Made by a program: the position numbers and the translations under genes. A stretch of DNA of 64,000 nt, from the NCBI GenBank assembly GCA_963663165.1, contig OY760175.1:5408001-5472000 (forward strand), read 5' to 3'. The notes below the pieces were generated by a model. The model was not told the origin of the DNA, made no database searches, and was given only the letters and a program-made list of their open reading frames with translations. The number at the start of each line of letters is the position of its first letter. The first letter of the stretch is position 1. The DNA is from an uncultured Desulfospira sp. GTDB taxonomy: Bacteria; Desulfobacterota; Desulfobacteria; Desulfobacterales; Desulfobacteraceae. Of this stretch, positions 20,075 through 29,215 are shown piece by piece.

Positions 20075-21352
20075 TTATGGTTCCGGCTGCATCAGAAAAC
20101 CTTCCTGATTCAATGCCTGAACAATGGCTTGAAGGCTTTTAAAAAATGCCTCGCCCTTTTTCATAATATCTGTTTTTGCCTCTTTTTTGCTGGTCCAGGC
20201 ATGGTCAAACCCGTTTCGGTACGCGATCAGGTCTTGGGCGATTTCTTTCATTTTTATGATAATTTTTTTTTCCGCCATTGCCCGGAAAAGCGGTAGAATC
20301 GTTTGATGATGCGCCAGGCGCTCACCGCGAAAGTTCCACTCATTTTCATTTACCTGAAGCATATTAATGAACACATCTGCCTTTTGCCGTTGATCTCTCC
20401 TTTCCTTGTTGGTTATTCCCATATTTTCTTTCATCCGGATAAGCCCAAAAGACCCCAGCATCTCCCGCATCACCGTATAGGCCTGCATGAACAGCTTGTG
20501 TTCAAGGAGCAGCCGGACGATTTCCAACTGGATTTTGAAATAATCAAGGTCATACCGGCCGGAAAATGTTTTTTCAAAAACCAGGGAGACGAATTTTTCC
20601 TTGACCAGGTCGAACAGAATTTTGCCGGTCACACCGGCGTCATTTTCTTTTTGCCGGACAATGTCCAGTGCCCTGGATGCTTTCTGGGACACATTGTGGA
20701 TATCCACATTCTTCAATGCACCGGTAAGGTCTTGGAAGGCACAGATCAATTCCGGATCATTAAATTCATCGAGCTTGCCGGCTGCCTCATTTTCAGCCAC
20801 CACCGCCAATTTCCCCGGGTCGGCATCTTCAACCAGACGGGACACGGCATCGGTCCATTCATTGATCACGTAAAAATCTTTCATGTCAATAATGGGCGAC
20901 AGCTCTTTATTGCTCTCATAGGCCCCGTAATACACGGCTTTAAGCCGGACGCTCTTGGCTTTTTGCAAAAAATTCAGGGCCGTGGAAAAAACAATGGGAA
21001 TGATTCTGTATCCATGGGTCATATCAACGTACAGCTCATCCCCATGGTCGATATGACTGAGGATCTCCTCAAACCAGGACCATTGATCTTCAGGGTTGAG
21101 TTCTTCGGTTATGTCAATTTCCCGGACGTCATTAATCCCGATTTTTGAAAGTTCCTGTTGTAAACTCAGATAGTGCTTTTTCCGGGATGTGCTTGTCATG
21201 ACCAGGAAAATTTGATCGAAAAATCCCGGGCCGGCCAATTGAAGCTCAGCAAACTGGACATATGGGGATGGATCGGCTTTTTGGCCGTTAATATGGTAAA
21301 CAGCAGAATCATATTTGCCTGCCCCTAAAAAACTGATGTATATGCGCCTCAT
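20075..21352 (-). CDS. csx1: Csx1/TM1812-family CARF-HEPN ribonuclease
   Basis: ISFLGAGKY, DMTHGYRIIP and YYGAYE in the CARF region; C-terminal RNGFDH (RxxxxH). Confidence 0.9.
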   Translation of the reverse strand: MRRIYISFLGAGKYDSAVYHINGQKADPSPYVQFAELQLAGPGFFDQIFLVMTSTSRKKHYLSLQQELSKIGINDVREIDITEELNPEDQWSWFEEILSHIDHGDELYVDMTHGYRIIPIVFSTALNFLQKAKSVRLKAVYYGAYESNKELSPIIDMKDFYVINEWTDAVSRLVEDADPGKLAVVAENEAAGKLDEFNDPELICAFQDLTGALKNVDIHNVSQKASRALDIVRQKENDAGVTGKILFDLVKEKFVSLVFEKTFSGRYDLDYFKIQLEIVRLLLEHKLFMQAYTVMREMLGSFGLIRMKENMGITNKERRDQRQKADVFINMLQVNENEWNFRGERLAHHQTILPLFRAMAEKKIIIKMKEIAQDLIAYRNGFDHAWTSKKEAKTDIMKKGEAFFKSLQAIVQALNQEGFLMQPEP

Positions 21353-21388
21353 ATTTTTCTCCTGATATCATTAACGTTTTAAATCACA

Positions 21389-23491
21389 TTATCCGTAAGA
21401 AAACGGGAAAACCCTGTCATGGTTTTCTCTGACATACCTTAAGGCCTCTGGGAAAGGCCGGTCAAACAGAAAGTAGAAATGGTCCGGGTTCAACGCAGAA
21501 GCTGCCGGTTTGATCTGTTTTTCCCATTGGGAAAGGCCGGATAAAAAGGGTTGTTCCGGGGGCAGATCCGGCACAAAGGCCAGGGGCTTGAGGGCCATGA
21601 TTTCAATGGTCGGCCCCTGCCCGGTATTCAGGCAGACCCCCAGGCTTTTTTCAAAAAGCTGCCTGGCCGTTCCCCGGTCTTCCTTTATTAAGGCGGTCCG
21701 GCCCAGGTTAAAGAAAACAAGCTGCCAGGGGTGCTGAGTCTTAAATTGTTCAAAGGCATGGGACACCAGGGGATGATACCATTCATCAAGGCCCGGTAAA
21801 TTGCCCCGGGCCGCGAACCGGCAGAGCATGGAAATCTGCCATGGGGTAAGGGCATGAATGCTGTCCGGGCCCCGGCCGTCAAGGCAGGTTTCAAGGCAGG
21901 CATCGGCCCCGGCCATATCCTTTGCATTGAGCCGGGCCGTGCCAAGGTAGTCGTACTGGCGAATCCACTGATTTTTAAGTTCTGGCGAAAGGGGCTCGCC
22001 AAGGGCCTGCCGGGCCTTTACCGACAGGGTTTCAGTTTCCCGAATAGCATCCGGGCCGCAAAAGGCGAAATTTTGAACCAGGGTTCCGTATACCCGGCCA
22101 AGGGCAAGATCGGTCATGCAGCCAAAGGCCTGCTGGACAGCCTGCCGGCGTTCCATAAATTCAAGGAGCCGGGCCAGGGCCTTTGGCACTTTGGGTGAAA
22201 ATTCATACCGGTTGTGGGCCGCCACCAGGGCGTGGTTGAAAAAGTCAGCGGCAAGGTTGATATCCAGCCCCATGACCGGGTCTATAAATGCATTCCCCGT
22301 ATTCTCCCATTCCGTTGCCTGTCCGATTTTTCCTGAATGGTTGGCCAGGCTCAGATTGGCCGTACACCAGACCAGGCAGGCCATGGGCATGGCCCCGGGC
22401 AGGCCTTTGGGAGAAAATTCTGCCAGGGCCGCTGCCCTTTCAACCTCAAATTCTTCCACCATCAGGGCAAACTTGCGGACAAATCGTCCAAACAGGTCCG
22501 GGCAGCTGAATATCCGGCCCAGCAGGTCCTGAACCGCTTGCTTTTCGTGAAAGATCCAGTCTGCGGGCAGGCTGTCCATCTTATCAATAAAGGATGCCGG
22601 GTCCTGAAGGGCCCGGGAAAAAACAAAGAGCAGGTTGTCCTGCCGGCCGGAGTATAGGGAGGCCACGGTAACGCTTTCGGCAAAACAGGACACCGGCACA
22701 AGCCCTCTGGCGTTATGTCCGGGCCTTGAGCCTGCCGGAATCAGCAGGCATTTGAACCTGGAAGAGAGCGCGGCCCGGATTTTCCGGTCGAGCATGCCAA
22801 CGGGCAGCACATCCCCTGAATCATTCAGGCCGCCTGTAGCGATCAGGTCTCCGGAAACCGGAATTTTATTCAAAAGGCTTTTAAAACCAATGCCCATACT
22901 TAAGCCCCCGGAGCGTCCTTTAAATTGGATCTGGCCGTTGGCCGGGGCCATGGGAAACAGAACAAACCGTGAATTTCCAGGGTCAGGCCCCGGGCGGCGG
23001 GCCAGGCGCTCTGCCGTTTTTATCGTTTCAATGAAGGGGGTGTCCATGGCCTTTTGTGCCCATTTCGGAATATGGACCGGCCCGGCTTCTCCAGGCACAA
23101 GGCCTGCCACAAACCAGGCGACCCTCGCCATGCCGCTGCCGGCCCCAAGTACGGGAACCCTGGCCCAGTCTCCTTGCACCAACCGGTTGAAGTCAACGCC
23201 TGAATATGTTTCAGGCCGGGTGTTTTCGGCTATAAAATCCCTGACCCATGCCGGCTTTGAAGGGCCAAGCAAATATACGGCCCCCAGGGCGCGGTGGAAT
23301 AATTCCAGGAGAACCGGATCATCCATATAAGAGAGGATATCATGATAGGCGGCCTTAAAATCATCAGGACCGGTTCCGCTCCAGGGAACACAGGCCAGAT
23401 CCGATATCATGGCCTGGAAGTGGCCCATGGCGTTTCGGGCGGCAAAGCACAGGTCCTTAATGGTATTCACATGGCTCACGGCAAATCCCAT
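21389..23491 (-). CDS. Lon-type (S16) protease domain fused to a C-terminal helical/TPR-like region
   Basis: KGRSGGL...IATGGLNDSGDVLPVGMLDRKIRAA. Ser and Lys are 43 residues apart, as in the Lon dyad. No ATPase motifs. Confidence 0.8.
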   Translation of the reverse strand: MGFAVSHVNTIKDLCFAARNAMGHFQAMISDLACVPWSGTGPDDFKAAYHDILSYMDDPVLLELFHRALGAVYLLGPSKPAWVRDFIAENTRPETYSGVDFNRLVQGDWARVPVLGAGSGMARVAWFVAGLVPGEAGPVHIPKWAQKAMDTPFIETIKTAERLARRPGPDPGNSRFVLFPMAPANGQIQFKGRSGGLSMGIGFKSLLNKIPVSGDLIATGGLNDSGDVLPVGMLDRKIRAALSSRFKCLLIPAGSRPGHNARGLVPVSCFAESVTVASLYSGRQDNLLFVFSRALQDPASFIDKMDSLPADWIFHEKQAVQDLLGRIFSCPDLFGRFVRKFALMVEEFEVERAAALAEFSPKGLPGAMPMACLVWCTANLSLANHSGKIGQATEWENTGNAFIDPVMGLDINLAADFFNHALVAAHNRYEFSPKVPKALARLLEFMERRQAVQQAFGCMTDLALGRVYGTLVQNFAFCGPDAIRETETLSVKARQALGEPLSPELKNQWIRQYDYLGTARLNAKDMAGADACLETCLDGRGPDSIHALTPWQISMLCRFAARGNLPGLDEWYHPLVSHAFEQFKTQHPWQLVFFNLGRTALIKEDRGTARQLFEKSLGVCLNTGQGPTIEIMALKPLAFVPDLPPEQPFLSGLSQWEKQIKPAASALNPDHFYFLFDRPFPEALRYVRENHDRVFPFSYG

Positions 23492-24627
23492 CCCGTGTGG
23501 TGGACAATAAACACGGCCAGGCTTTGGCCCGGGGAAAGGGGGCGGTCAAACAGGGCCATAAACCGCTTGCCGTGTCCTTCCCATACCCATTTGCAGGCCA
23601 TGAGCAGCCGGTTGTTTTCGTCCTTTATATAGCATTGAAACGCATCTTCGGGGATGTCATCGGGCAATCCCTCGATAACGCCGTTGACCGAATAGGACGC
23701 CGGAGGTGAGGCCTCGTATTTGATGTTGCATTCAATGGGCCTGGCATCCTGCATGCCCTCCTGGTTGAAACAAAAATACCCTGCCGTGATGGTGAGCCCG
23801 TCATTCTCAGCGGCCCTCATGGGCAGGACATGGGAAGGAAAGCGCAAAAGCGCCATGCACTCTTCAACGGTCCCGGGGGGCCAGTCCCAGCCAATGCCGG
23901 TGAATTTTTCTTCAAGTTTTGCCTTAAGCGCTTCAAGGCCGATGGGGACAGGGCGCTTTTCATGTTCAGCGGCTGTGCGCCCTGGGGCCATGGCGGCAAA
24001 GGCCTGCCCGATTTTCAGCTCAAGCTCCCTGAAAAAAATTCTGGGATCATGGTCCTGCATGGGCATGGGCTTAAGGGCCCATTCCGGCAAATGGTCCGGA
24101 TCTTTGGCCATCTTAAGGGCGCTTTCAATCACCTTTGGGGCCAGGGTCCCTAATAATGGCCCCATAAAGCGCTCCGGAAGGGTGTAGATATTCCAGGTCT
24201 GAATCAAAATTTCCGAAAGGCCCTGGATCATGTTTTCCGGGGGGACCAGGTCGCCGGGACCGGCCAGGGCCGTATCGGGCCACACCTGGGCCAGGGTCAC
24301 CATGCCGCCGGGTTTGATTTCAAGAAGCGCTGCCTGGGGGGCGTTGTAATAATCATCCCCCTGCCAGAACGAGAGTTCAGGGTCAAGTATCCGCACCTGG
24401 CCGGTTTGAATCGGGGAATTCTCCGGGGAAACGGTGAAATCGGCTTCCAGTTTTTCAGACAATATTTCCCAGGCCTCTATTTCGTCTTTGAGCATTGTGG
24501 AACAAAAGGGGCAGACCGCCAGATGACGCCGGAACTGCTCTGCATGTTCGAGATTCTGTTTAACCTTTAACGGCGGACAGGTTCTCAATTGTCTGGCCAG
24601 TGCCAGTGCCTGTTTTCTGGTATACAT
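23476..24627 (-). CDS. Putative anti-sigma factor (HxxxCxxC Zn motif followed by a MazF/PemK-like segment; CalpT-like)
   Basis: RHLAVCPFC; GQVRIL..P..LLE..LAGPGDLV..IQTWN. Sits between the sigma and protease genes. Confidence 0.65.
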   Translation of the reverse strand: MYTRKQALALARQLRTCPPLKVKQNLEHAEQFRRHLAVCPFCSTMLKDEIEAWEILSEKLEADFTVSPENSPIQTGQVRILDPELSFWQGDDYYNAPQAALLEIKPGGMVTLAQVWPDTALAGPGDLVPPENMIQGLSEILIQTWNIYTLPERFMGPLLGTLAPKVIESALKMAKDPDHLPEWALKPMPMQDHDPRIFFRELELKIGQAFAAMAPGRTAAEHEKRPVPIGLEALKAKLEEKFTGIGWDWPPGTVEECMALLRFPSHVLPMRAAENDGLTITAGYFCFNQEGMQDARPIECNIKYEASPPASYSVNGVIEGLPDDIPEDAFQCYIKDENNRLLMACKWVWEGHGKRFMALFDRPLSPGQSLAVFIVHHTGWDLP

Positions 24628-24640
24628 GGATCATCCTTTC

Positions 24641-25690
24641 TTACATTTGTTCCCGGGGCGTGAGCCAGTCGTTTAAATTCCGGCACAGGCAGTCCATGAA
24701 AAAATCAAAATCCCTGCCGTCCTGGCCGTCGCCGTCATAGTCCGGCGACAGCCAGTTAAGGTCTCGCAAAAACGATTTAAGCTTTTTGTGGATCAACTTT
24801 TTCTGGTAGGAAAGGTTTGATTTCATCTTCATTAACTCGGATACGGCCTTGTGGGGCAGCCCTTTGCATTCATAATAAAAGAACAGGCGTTTTTCCCGGT
24901 CTTTTAACCGGTGAAAAAAATTACCGGCCCAGGTTGTGATCAGGCTGTTTTGGGTCTGATCCGCAGACTGGGTTCCGGGATGATGGGCCAGGGGATTAAA
25001 TTCGTCTTTATCCGTCCCGGCCATGGGGTATGAATCAACCCCGGGCTGCAGCACCACATACCGGCTCACCCAGGCTAGAAAATCCATAAGGTCGATCCGG
25101 ATACCGGGCTCACCGGTAAGCTTGGCTGAAGATGTCCAGAAATGGCGGGCCAGCCTGAGGATATTATCCCGGGTGTTCAGGGCGGTGTACTCCCCGGGCA
25201 GGTCAGGGGGAAAGCCTATGGTCATGAGATCTTCAATCATGACCAGGGTTCGCGGAAGGCCTTCAGAGCGGCTGAACAGGGTTTTTCCTCGGGGGGTGTC
25301 TTTGACTTTGAAAAATTCACCGGACTGGTTCAGGACATCCAGCACATGGCGGTAAAACAGGCGCCAGGTGTCTTTATAGATGTCCTGGCTGCCTTGTCTG
25401 CTCCTGGACAGGTCCATCATCCGGTGCCACAGGAATGTCCTGACCCGCTTCATGGCCCCTGGGCTTTTGCCCATCAGTTCGGCGGGCACGGTCTTGTCCC
25501 TGATCAGAAAAATCATCAGTTCCTGCCGGATATCATCGGGGTGGATCTGTTCCGGGGCAACGCCGTACAGGCCAAGTCTGGAAAGTTTCATTTTTTTGTG
25601 AACCGCATCAACAAGCCGGTCTACTGCATCGGCGTTTTCTTTTTTTTCAAGCCAGGCCTGGAATTTAAGTTTGAAACAGTTGTCATTCAT
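24641..25690 (-). CDS. ECF-like sigma-70 family factor with a long inter-domain insert
   Basis: Region 2-like DDIRQELMIFL...WHRMMDLSR; region 4-like LKDREKRLFFYYECKGLPHKAVSELM...KKLKSFL. Confidence 0.72.
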   Translation of the reverse strand: MNDNCFKLKFQAWLEKKENADAVDRLVDAVHKKMKLSRLGLYGVAPEQIHPDDIRQELMIFLIRDKTVPAELMGKSPGAMKRVRTFLWHRMMDLSRSRQGSQDIYKDTWRLFYRHVLDVLNQSGEFFKVKDTPRGKTLFSRSEGLPRTLVMIEDLMTIGFPPDLPGEYTALNTRDNILRLARHFWTSSAKLTGEPGIRIDLMDFLAWVSRYVVLQPGVDSYPMAGTDKDEFNPLAHHPGTQSADQTQNSLITTWAGNFFHRLKDREKRLFFYYECKGLPHKAVSELMKMKSNLSYQKKLIHKKLKSFLRDLNWLSPDYDGDGQDGRDFDFFMDCLCRNLNDWLTPREQM

Positions 25691-25755
25691 GGGTCCCCGC
25701 CGTTATCAGGTGAGTGAATTGTTTTCAATCATGGGTGCCGTTCTTTTATTACATA

Positions 25756-25785
25756 TACGGAGCCGGAAAGGAAAGTGTTAAAATC
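25756..25785 (-). promoter_or_regulatory. Putative autoregulatory ECF promoter of the sigma operon
   Basis: gattttaacactttcctttccggctccgta on - (AAC-N17-CGTA), 66 nt before the ATG. Confidence 0.65.
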
Positions 25786-25884
25786 GGGAGGAAACACAGC
25801 GCCGTTGCCGCCACTCATCTATATGGCCCTTTTTTCTCCAGGCCCAGGTTTATCTAATGTCATATTAACGATGAGATATCCGGG

Positions 25885-26054
25885 CTAAAGAACCCCGCCG
25901 GTTTTTATAAGATAGTCTGTGAAAAAAGCATTGGACCAGAGGGTTAACTCTTCTTTGCGTTTTGTATCTTTAAGAAAGGGTTCAACATCTTTTTTTGCCA
26001 ATTCAAAATCAATTCCATTGGCCTTTTCGCATAATAACCGGTGAAGCATTTCCT
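25885..26054 (-). pseudogene. C-terminal remnant of a probable AbiEii-family nucleotidyltransferase, cut by the array 2 trailer repeat
   Basis: IDFELAKKDVEPFLKD...LTLWSNAFF resembles AbiEii C-termini. The upstream frame is repeat DNA. Confidence 0.5.
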
Positions 26055-27025
26055 TCCTCTCTAATCGAGGCAGTCTTTCTGACTTAGCAATTGAGCATCT
26101 CGAAAAAGTCATTCATGAGGTCTCAATCCTCTCTAATCGAGGCAGTCTTTCTGACCAAAATTTTATCGAAGAAAATTGGTCGGCATTTGAGGTCTCAATC
26201 CTCTCTAATCGAGGCAGTCTTTCTGACTTGAAACATAGTTATTTTGGTTGGCAAGCTGTTAAGTCTCAATCCTCTCTAATCGAGGCAGTCTTTCTGACCA
26301 GACAATGAATTTGTTCAAAGTGTGAACAAAAAAGTCTCAATCCTCTCTAATCGAGGCAGTCTTTCTGACAAATGTTAATAAAGCGGAATGGAAAGTTGTT
26401 CAGCCGTCTCAATCCTCTCTAATCGAGGCAGTCTTTCTGACTTGAATACCAGAATGAAATCAATGGATGAAAAGTACAGTCTCAATCCTCTCTAATCGAG
26501 GCAGTCTTTCTGACTGTTTATGGCGAAGACATGGTTACCGAATGCCTGAATGGTCTCAATCCTCTCTAATCGAGGCAGTCTTTCTGACCAATTTACTTGG
26601 TCTCGTGCAAAGACCTTGCTTACAGGTCTCAATCCTCTCTAATCGAGGCAGTCTTTCTGACGTGCAGGCTCGAATAATTGACTACCGCGCTATATTTAGT
26701 CTCAATCCTCTCTAATCGAGGCAGTCTTTCTGACCTACCAGCCCGACGAATTATCGGGTTATAACATGGTGTCTCAATCCTCTCTAATCGAGGCAGTCTT
26801 TCTGACTGGTTGGCACATAAACAAGAAATAACTAAAACACTAAGTCTCAATCCTCTCTAATCGAGGCAGTCTTTCTGACTAATCCATCTGTGCCCTTTGG
26901 GGCAGAATTTTCTGTGTCTCAATCCTCTCTAATCGAGGCAGTCTTTCTGACAAACAGGAGCTTGTAGTATTCAATAATTGGGTTAATGAGTCTCAATCCT
27001 CTCTAATCGAGGCAGTCTTTCTGAC
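26055..27025 (-). CRISPR. CRISPR array 2: 14 repeats (first partial) / 13 spacers
   Basis: Repeat on + is GTCTCAATCCTCTCTAATCGAGGCAGTCTTTCTGAC. Confidence 0.98.
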
Positions 27026-27225
27026 TCTGGGTATCTGGAACGCTTATCAGGCAAGGCTCTCCAAGGCCGTTTTGCCGGACCTACCCTGTTTTCGGGTTTC
27101 GGAAAAAAAATTCACTCTTAAATTCAGGCTGATTTTTGCATAATATACTGATTTTAAATATAATATAAAAATGCCGGACCTCTTTTGGATATTTTGCGAA
27201 CAAATTGTCAAAGATCGATAAGGCC
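27026..27225 (-). promoter_or_regulatory. CRISPR leader 2
   Basis: Highly similar to 63641-63840 and to leader 1. Near-IHF site at 27141. Confidence 0.8.
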
Positions 27226-27549
27226 TCATGACACGGAATACGCCTTTGTATTGGGCAGATCCCCGGTGCCGGAGAATTCAACATGCCCGACGCAATGCCT
27301 GCAAAGCGGGTAATACCGGATGGTATCCTCCCCATGGTCAATGACTTCTTCCAGGTCAGACTGCATTTTCATGAACTTGTATTCGGTCATGTTGCTGCAC
27401 TCAAATACGGATTTCTGAACCCGTGTCCCTTACCCTTTCAGGATTTTCACTACCCTGTACCGGACCCGGTTGTCAACAATATCAAAGCAGACCAGGAAAA
27501 ATTTATACCCCGAACCAGAAAAATTCAAACCCGTATTCAGACTCTCCAT
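27226..27549 (-). pseudogene. cas2: Cas2 with an in-frame TAA at codon 40 (27430-27432); missed by the ORF track
   Basis: FLVCFDIVDNRVRYRVVKILKG*GTRVQKSVFEC...DTIRYYPLCRHC. Confidence 0.9.
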
Positions 27550-28232
27550 GGCAAAGCGGCCCGGACGTTGGCCGGTATTGTATATTCCGGCAACCGGTAA
27601 CCGCCGGATTCATGGAAAGACTGAAGTACATCTATCAGGAAATAATCATTGGAGACTACTACAATGGTATGATCGCTATGCTTTCGTGCATACTCGCAGG
27701 AAAACGAAGCGATAACCGAATCCAGGCCGTCAAGGAGTTTGCCGTTTTTAAGGCTTTTTTCATTTCGCTTCTTTTTTTTGGCGAACTTCTCATCAAAGGG
27801 ATTCTCAATGAGCTTTTGCTCACTGTATTGAATGTTTTTTCTAAGCCTTTTTGTTATTTTTTTTATTGCGCCCTGTGACATTTTCTGGTTTGTAATACTT
27901 TCGGCCCCTTTAAAAATATCAGTGTACGAAATATGCGATTCCTCGCACAACGTCCCCCGGTACTTTTTTAAATGACGGTACAGCAGGCCAAAAACGGAAA
28001 ATCTGTTTTCAAACCATTTGTCGTAGTTTTCCAGATCAACATTCTTATGAAACCATAACCCGAGAAATTCCGCCCACACAAGGGAGGGGATGCGCGTCTT
28101 TGCCCCGCATTTTTCCCAGTACCTGAGCGTAGATGTGTGCCAGGGCTCGCACTTTTTTGATCCAAGCAGAATGGCCTCGGCCAGGTTAAACAGGATATTG
28201 GTATCCGGAAGAAAAATTGGATTTTTAATCAT
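27537..28232 (-). CDS. PIN-domain protein (putative RNase)
   Basis: LPDTNIL, VWAEF, LDGLDSVIA and VVSND acidic pattern. Confidence 0.75.
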   Translation of the reverse strand: MIKNPIFLPDTNILFNLAEAILLGSKKCEPWHTSTLRYWEKCGAKTRIPSLVWAEFLGLWFHKNVDLENYDKWFENRFSVFGLLYRHLKKYRGTLCEESHISYTDIFKGAESITNQKMSQGAIKKITKRLRKNIQYSEQKLIENPFDEKFAKKKKRNEKSLKNGKLLDGLDSVIASFSCEYARKHSDHTIVVVSNDYFLIDVLQSFHESGGYRLPEYTIPANVRAALPWRV

Positions 28233-29202
28233 TGTCCATGTCCTCCGCATCATCCAAGTCTTCCCATTCGTCCGGTTTCAGTCCGGCGATATCTTCCGCT
28301 GTCATGGGAACATAGGGAACCTGATCCTGATCCGGAAAATTAAAAATTTCATTTTCGCCATACCAGAGCAGGGCCTCTTCAACAGCCTTATCAAACTCTT
28401 TTTCAAATACCGGAGAGTTAAGATCAAGCATCCGGAAGGGTGAGGCATTAATAATTTTCAGGATCTGTTTTTCATCTTCTTTTGCCGCACCCGTACAAAC
28501 AATCACGTTGGGGGTCGGCTGGACCGAAAATGCTGCTGTGATATGATCTTTAAAAAATTTTCGTCCCCGCAGGTCTTTGGGGGGGGAGGGTATAAGAATG
28601 ACAACCAGGCAGGGATCATGCTCCCGGCATTTATCAGGAATCAGGTCCAGACTGTCAACAACGACCAGGTCTTTATCAAGCTTGGATTTAATGAAATCCA
28701 GAGAAATCTGACAGGATTCCCGGTACAGCAGTACAGCATTCGAATGGGACCGGACGGAAGGAGCCGGTATGCTATGTGAGATCTGCTCCTGACTTTCAAA
28801 CAGCTTGTTAACAACCGATATAAGCTGCTCTTCGCCTCCTCCCCCTCTTTTGTCTTTGTGAACATAGGCGTAAAAATGGTAGTTGGCAGCCGTAAACCAG
28901 TCTTTTACAGTTCCCCTGGCACTGTAAACAATCACGTTTCTCAGAGAGGAGAGCCGCCGCAACACCTCGCCAACGGTTGCCCCGTTGCCGTCAAACTCAT
29001 CCTGCACCTTCCCCATGTCGATATCCAGCAGGTAAAGATGAAAGTAATGCCGGCGGGAAAGGGAGAGCACCTCAGACATATGGTCTGTGCGATGCACGGC
29101 ATACCCCAGTTCTTCAAGGCTCTGTGCAGCCATAAAAGCCGGCTCATCCGGGTTGAAAATTTCATCGTCAAGAAAAAGAATGTTAAACTCGTTTTTATCC
29201 AT
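28225..29202 (-). CDS. Response regulator (N-terminal receiver plus a degenerate second alpha/beta domain)
   Basis: ILFLDDE, LLDIDM, IVYSA, YVHK. Confidence 0.8.
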   Translation of the reverse strand: MDKNEFNILFLDDEIFNPDEPAFMAAQSLEELGYAVHRTDHMSEVLSLSRRHYFHLYLLDIDMGKVQDEFDGNGATVGEVLRRLSSLRNVIVYSARGTVKDWFTAANYHFYAYVHKDKRGGGGEEQLISVVNKLFESQEQISHSIPAPSVRSHSNAVLLYRESCQISLDFIKSKLDKDLVVVDSLDLIPDKCREHDPCLVVILIPSPPKDLRGRKFFKDHITAAFSVQPTPNVIVCTGAAKEDEKQILKIINASPFRMLDLNSPVFEKEFDKAVEEALLWYGENEIFNFPDQDQVPYVPMTAEDIAGLKPDEWEDLDDAEDMDND

Positions 29203-29215
29203 GTCAGATTCCTTT

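Noticed and set aside
20303..21148. Long + strand ORFs antisense to csx1 (likewise 22635-23330, 36218-36958, 9058-9675)
   Set aside because: Shadow frames of well-supported - strand genes, with no recognisable motifs.
21389..23491. Naming this gene calpL or housekeeping lon
   Set aside because: No SAVED motifs were recognised and there is no AAA domain. Only the protease domain is supported.
27205..27214. TTGACA in the leaders as a sigma70 -35 box
   Set aside because: No credible -10 hexamer 16-18 nt downstream; treated as a conserved leader motif only.
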